A stretch of DNA of 50,107 bases from Basidiobolus meristosporus CBS 931.73 (Eukaryota; Fungi; Basidiobolomycota): positions 1 to 50,107 of the forward strand of contig MCFE01000645.1 of the NCBI GenBank assembly GCA_002104905.1, in the 5' to 3' direction. The translations under genes were made by a program, and so were the position numbers. Under the pieces are notes generated by a model. The model searched no databases and was not told the DNA's origin. It was given only the letters and a program-made list of their open reading frames with translations. This document shows positions 45,916 through 50,107 of this stretch, in pieces (the first letter of the stretch is position 1; each line of letters begins with the position of its first letter).

Positions 45916-47408
45916 TACACTTGTACCATTGTACCATGCCAGGGTGCGTGGCATGATCCACGGTTGTAAAAAACAATTGGGCGCAATATAATAGCTACCA
46001 GTAGGAAGGATTGTTCTTGGACAATTTTGCACTATGTAGGACAATCTTGCACACTATGGCACAATCTGACACAATGAGGTTGGCACAGATGATTGCACCA
46101 ACTTGTAATGTTTGCATCATGTGCATGGTTGGATACCGCTATTATGGCAGGTAAAATCTGGTATTTAGATATGTTTCTTTAATGTGAATGGAAATAAATG
46201 TGTATCACACTATAAACTACACTGATACTTACCATTTTGGTAACCATCACTCCAATTGGACAGTATCTCCGTGGTTAATTGGTCCAAAAGTATCCTGAAG
46301 CTGGCAGCCCCCAATTGGCTCATTGACTACTAAACAAGCTACCTGATATGCCATTAAATATCCCATTTTTCCCATTGAGCAAGTAAATCCCTGATCTTAG
46401 TGATTGGACAAGGTGTCATAGCTGGCATGCAAGCAATTGGGTAGGTGTAAAACAGATCCAATAGCTGCACTGGTATTACAGATGATGTATATATAAGCAG
46501 GGTTTTTATTGATAAGGGTTCTGTCTCAAATGTGAGACAACCTTGATATTACTTATATCAAAAATTTAATGATCACTGATTTGCAATGGCTTGATTTGGA
46601 TTGCAAAAAAATGGGTTGTTGGGATCATTACAAATAATAGCAATTCAATGCATTTGCATCTTTTTCTCCTGGGTTTTTTTCTCACAGGGATTACTACTGA
46701 AGCATATGGTAGTGACTCACTTTGCACACCTATACTACTTCCTGACTGACTATCATCTTGGCTACTTATGTATTTGTAGTCAGTATTTTGCCTCCTAGTT
46801 GATGAGTGCAATGCTGCAGCTTGGCTGTGCTGAATTGGTCCAACTGAACCAGCCTGGAGTGCCATGCACTGATGCGTTCTTTTACTTGCCAAGGCTCTGG
46901 TGGCTGAGGCACTTCATGTTGGTCATCATTGGTCAGTTCACCAGAAGTAACTTGCTGATGGTCAGGCAAAACAACATGCGCAGGCGCAACTTAACATGTT
47001 GAGATGGCACTTGCTGAGTTTGAGGTGATGCTGCATGTTGACACAACTTGGTCCACTCCAATGGACTTGTGTCTACATGAGCAGTTTGGTGAGTTCTGGT
47101 AGTTTTGCTCTGAAGCACATGCACTGACTCAATGCAGGGTGTTCTGGTAAACGGTGTTGGCATAGTCTGGACTGATATGTGCCAGCATGCTGTGGTTGCA
47201 GGAAATGGTAAGGTATCCAGCAAGGCATGCTGGCTCAATCTAGACAATGTTGCTTGTGGTCTGTATTCTTCCTCCTCAAGCTCACCATTGGATTCCTCAA
47301 GGTACTCACTTACCCTCTGTCTGATACTTTGGAGCTGTTGCCTAGATGAGTCCTGTGTATATTGCTCTTTGAAGCCACTTAGCTCTACAAATATATCAAG
47401 TAATACAT
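45916..47408 (-). mobile_element. Family F copy F1: terminus, terminal region and gene-2 3' part; CpG-decayed
   Basis: Starts TACACTTGTACC (decayed terminus); colinear with 47409-48925. Confidence 0.85.
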
Positions 47409-49440
47409 TAGACTTGTTCCACCATACCGTGCCAGGGCATGTGGCGCAATCCGCGGTTGCAAAGAACAATTGGGCGCGATATTATAGCTACCAGAAGGCA
47501 GGATTGTTCTTGGACAATTTCGCACTATGCGGGACAATCTCGCACACTATGGCACAATTTGACACAATGAGGTTGGCGCGGATGATTGCGCCAACTTGTA
47601 ATGCTTGAATCACGTGCGCAATTGGATACCGCTATAATGGCAGGTAAAATCCGGTATTTGGATATGTTTCTTTAATGTAAATGGAAATAAATGTGTATCA
47701 CACTATAAACTACACTGATACTTACCATTTTGGTTACCCTCACTCCAATTGGACGGTATCTCAGTGGTTAATTGGTCCAAAAGTATCCTGAAGCTGGCAG
47801 CCCCCAATTGGCTCATTGACTACTGAAAAAGCTACCTGATTTGCCATCAAATATCCCATTTAGCCCATTGAGCAAGTAAATCCCTAATCCTAGTGATTGG
47901 GCAAGGTGTCATAGCTAGCACGCAAGCGATCGTGTAGGTGCGAAACAGATCCAATAGCTGCACTGGTATTACAGATGACGTATATATATGCAGGGTGTTT
48001 TTTATAGGGGTTCCGTCTCAAATGTGAGACGTCCTTGATATTACTTATATCAAAAATTTGATGATCACTGATTTGCGATGACTTCATTTGGATTGCAAAA
48101 AAAGGGCTGTCGGGATCATTACAAATGTGAGCAATTCAAAGCAATCGCATCATCTTCTCCTGGGTTTTTTCTCACAGGGATTACTACTGAAGCATTTGGT
48201 AGTGACTCACTTTGCACACCTATACTACTTCCTGGCTGACTATCATCTTGGCTACTTGTGTATTTGTAGTCAGTATTTTGCCTCCTAGTTGATGAGTGCA
48301 ATGCTGCAGCTTGGCCGCGCTGAATTGCTCCAACTGAACCAACTGAACCGGCCTGTAGTGCTACGCGCTGACGCGTTCTTTTACTTGCCAAGGACTACGG
48401 TGGTTGAGTCACTTCATGTTGGTCATCATCAGTCAGTTCACCAGAAGTAACTCGCTGATGGTCAGGCAAAATGACACGCGCAGGTGCGCCTTGACGCGTT
48501 GAGATGGCCCTTGGCTGAGTTTGATGTGATGTTGCATGTTGACGCAACTTGGTCCACTCCAATGGACTTGTGTCTAAATGAGCAGTTTGGCAAGTTCTGG
48601 TAGTTTTGCTCTGAAGCGCGCACGTTGACCCGACGCGCGTTGACTCAATGCGGGGCGTTCTGTTAAAGGGTGTTGGCGTGGTCTGGACTGACGTGCGCCG
48701 GCGCGCTGTGGTTGCAAGAGATGGTAGGGAATCCAGCAAGGCGTGCTGGCGCAATCTGGACAATGTTGCTCGCGGTCTGTATTCTTCCTCCTGTAGCTCA
48801 CCATCTGATTCCTCAAGGTATTCACTTACCCTCTGTCTGATACTTTGGAGCTGTTGCCTGGATGAGTCCTGTGTATATTGCTCTTGGAAGCCACTTAGCT
48901 CTACTAATATATCACATAGTACATTAGTCATTTGAGGCAAAAACTCATTGAAAATCTCTTTGGTTCCCAAAGTTGAGGCACAAACAGACGCGTCCAACCC
49001 GTACTGTGCAAATTGCGTGCAAAATTGGTCCCGCATGGCTTCTTCATCAAATCCCCTCACTCTCTGCTCATTCTTGATTTCAATACTTCTCTTGTTATAT
49101 ATCTTCTTACATACATTGGCAGGCATCTTGATGTAGAACTCATGCCACAGCATTCTACTCTAATTCTTCCATCTTTGTTGACTCTCTGAGGTATCTAGTT
49201 CTGCTAGATTAATAAGTAGTGCCCAAAGATCTGTATGAAGGCTCATCACAGACACTTGGGCCATACCAAAATCATTTGGCAAGAACTCAAACAGATCTGA
49301 CATGGACTTTTCCAGTCTGGATGGCCCTTGTGAGCTGGGCATTGGGTTTTGTCTGGGTTGTACTAAAGATGAGATCAGACTTGATATGGGGACCATAGCA
49401 ACGGATTTGGATACTTATACAGCAGTATATTGGCATCAAC
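47409..49440 (-). mobile_element. Family F copy F2 (youngest, CpG-rich): terminus TAGACTTGTTCC, terminal region and gene 2; inserted in F1 gene 2; far boundary approximate
   Basis: The terminus follows F1 coding sequence ...TAATACAT; many intact CpGs. Confidence 0.85.
48119..49396 (-). pseudogene. Family F gene 2: one 426-codon frame broken only by two TAG codons; unknown function
   Basis: ORFs 49160-49396, 48395-49153 and 48119-48391 are all in the same frame. Confidence 0.75.
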
Positions 49441-49753
49441 CTGGTCTTATATGAAATATATATGAAAACTAATGTGATTGTTGAATTTTCTATATATTAT
49501 GCATAATGCAGCTTGGATCATGTTAACACGGATCAGATCACATCAATTGCAAATTCCTATTTGATTATAGACCTATGAGTAAAGCATTAATAAAAGTACC
49601 AAGGCATTGTTTGCAGATGATTTTTGCAACATAATGATGGGATACATGGCAATTGATGGAGACTTAATCATAATGCACTAAATTCAGATAAATAACTCAG
49701 ATTGCGCCCAATCAATTTAAACCACTTCCATACAATCATCCACCTATTTTAAT

Positions 49754-50107
49754 ATGGCTTACTCATCTGAATGGTCTTTTCTCATCAATCCCATCACTAC
49801 CACTGGATTTCCTTTTGACACACTAGAGGAGATCTATACCAGATACTGCGATCCATCTACCCCAATCTACTCAAGGAGATACCTTGTTAAGCTTCTCTGC
49901 TATTACAAGAACTACTGCCCTACAAGGTTTCATCCCACTATCCATGGCAACAAAAGTCCTAGAAGCTTTCATTCCCAGCTGACAGCAATGGAGAACCACC
50001 TTGCAGAGGGTATGAATGACTTAGAGCAAGCTTGGAATACTAGGTTCAGAAGCTCCAATAGACTTCCATATCCCAGAGTGTTCAGCAACAGGTTCCATAT
50101 CAGGAGT
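49754..50107 (+). CDS. 5' part (118 codons, open to the window edge) of a DDE_Tnp_4/HTH_Tnp_4-like transposase
   Basis: MAYSSEWSFLINPITTTGFPFDTLEEIYTRYCDPSTPIYSRRYLVKLLCYYKNYCPTRFHPTIHGNKSPRSFHSQLTAMENHLAEGMNDLEQAWNTRFRSSNRLPYPRVFSNRFHIRS, no stop. Not in the ORF track. Homologous to 1958-2297, which continues into the DDE motif. Confidence 0.65.
   Translation, partial: MAYSSEWSFLINPITTTGFPFDTLEEIYTRYCDPSTPIYSRRYLVKLLCYYKNYCPTRFHPTIHGNKSPRSFHSQLTAMENHLAEGMNDLEQAWNTRFRSSNRLPYPRVFSNRFHIRS

Noticed and set aside
47132-48935. Plus-strand ORFs 47132-47608 and 48648-48935, and similar ORFs such as 25157-25468 and 29558-29866
   Set aside because: They are antisense shadows of transposon coding regions with no independent support.
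48395-49162. Two in-frame TAG codons in gene 2 as possible readthrough or recoding
   Set aside because: Other copies have CTG and GAG at these positions, so they are copy-specific mutations.
1-50107. Classical CpA-directed RIP as the main mutational process
   Set aside because: The clearest pairwise differences and the TSD decay are at CpG. Some CAG/CAA>TAG/TAA changes exist, so a minor non-CpG component is not excluded without a computed spectrum.
1-50107. CRISPR arrays, tRNA/rRNA genes, host genes
   Set aside because: No regularly spaced repeat-spacer array, cloverleaf or non-transposon protein motif was recognised.

Overview
This 50-kb window is eukaryotic, probably fungal (inference), AT-rich, CpG-depleted nested-transposon DNA. 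I found no host gene, rRNA, tRNA or CRISPR array. Family names A-F below are my own labels. Contents: (i) Ty3/gypsy family B (~365-bp LTR, tRNAi-Met PBS, no chromodomain) in at least five deleted copies; (ii) a Tf1/sushi-like chromovirus, family C (~855-bp LTR, GGGAAAC/T -1 frameshift signal, chromodomain); (iii) ~1.07-kb TG...CA solo-LTR-like units, family A and sister D; (iv) Ty1/copia fragments; (v) four to five copies of a three-gene tnp2 (CACTA/EnSpm-like) DNA transposon, family F, whose terminus reads TAGACTTGTTCC, plus a 736-bp foldback element with the same termini; (vi) two copies of a DDE_Tnp_4 (PIF/Harbinger/ISL2EU-like) transposase, the second an open ORF running off the window end; (vii) a second, older foldback and small MITE/LTR-like units. 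Two signals stand out. Every scorable family-A/D junction is a CpG-centred 4-bp target (M-C-G-S), often disguised by CpG decay of the two duplicated copies on opposite strands. Family F has non-CACTA TAG termini and two accessory genes of unknown function. All alignments and coordinates were done by eye and may be off by a few nt, or tens of nt for fragment boundaries.
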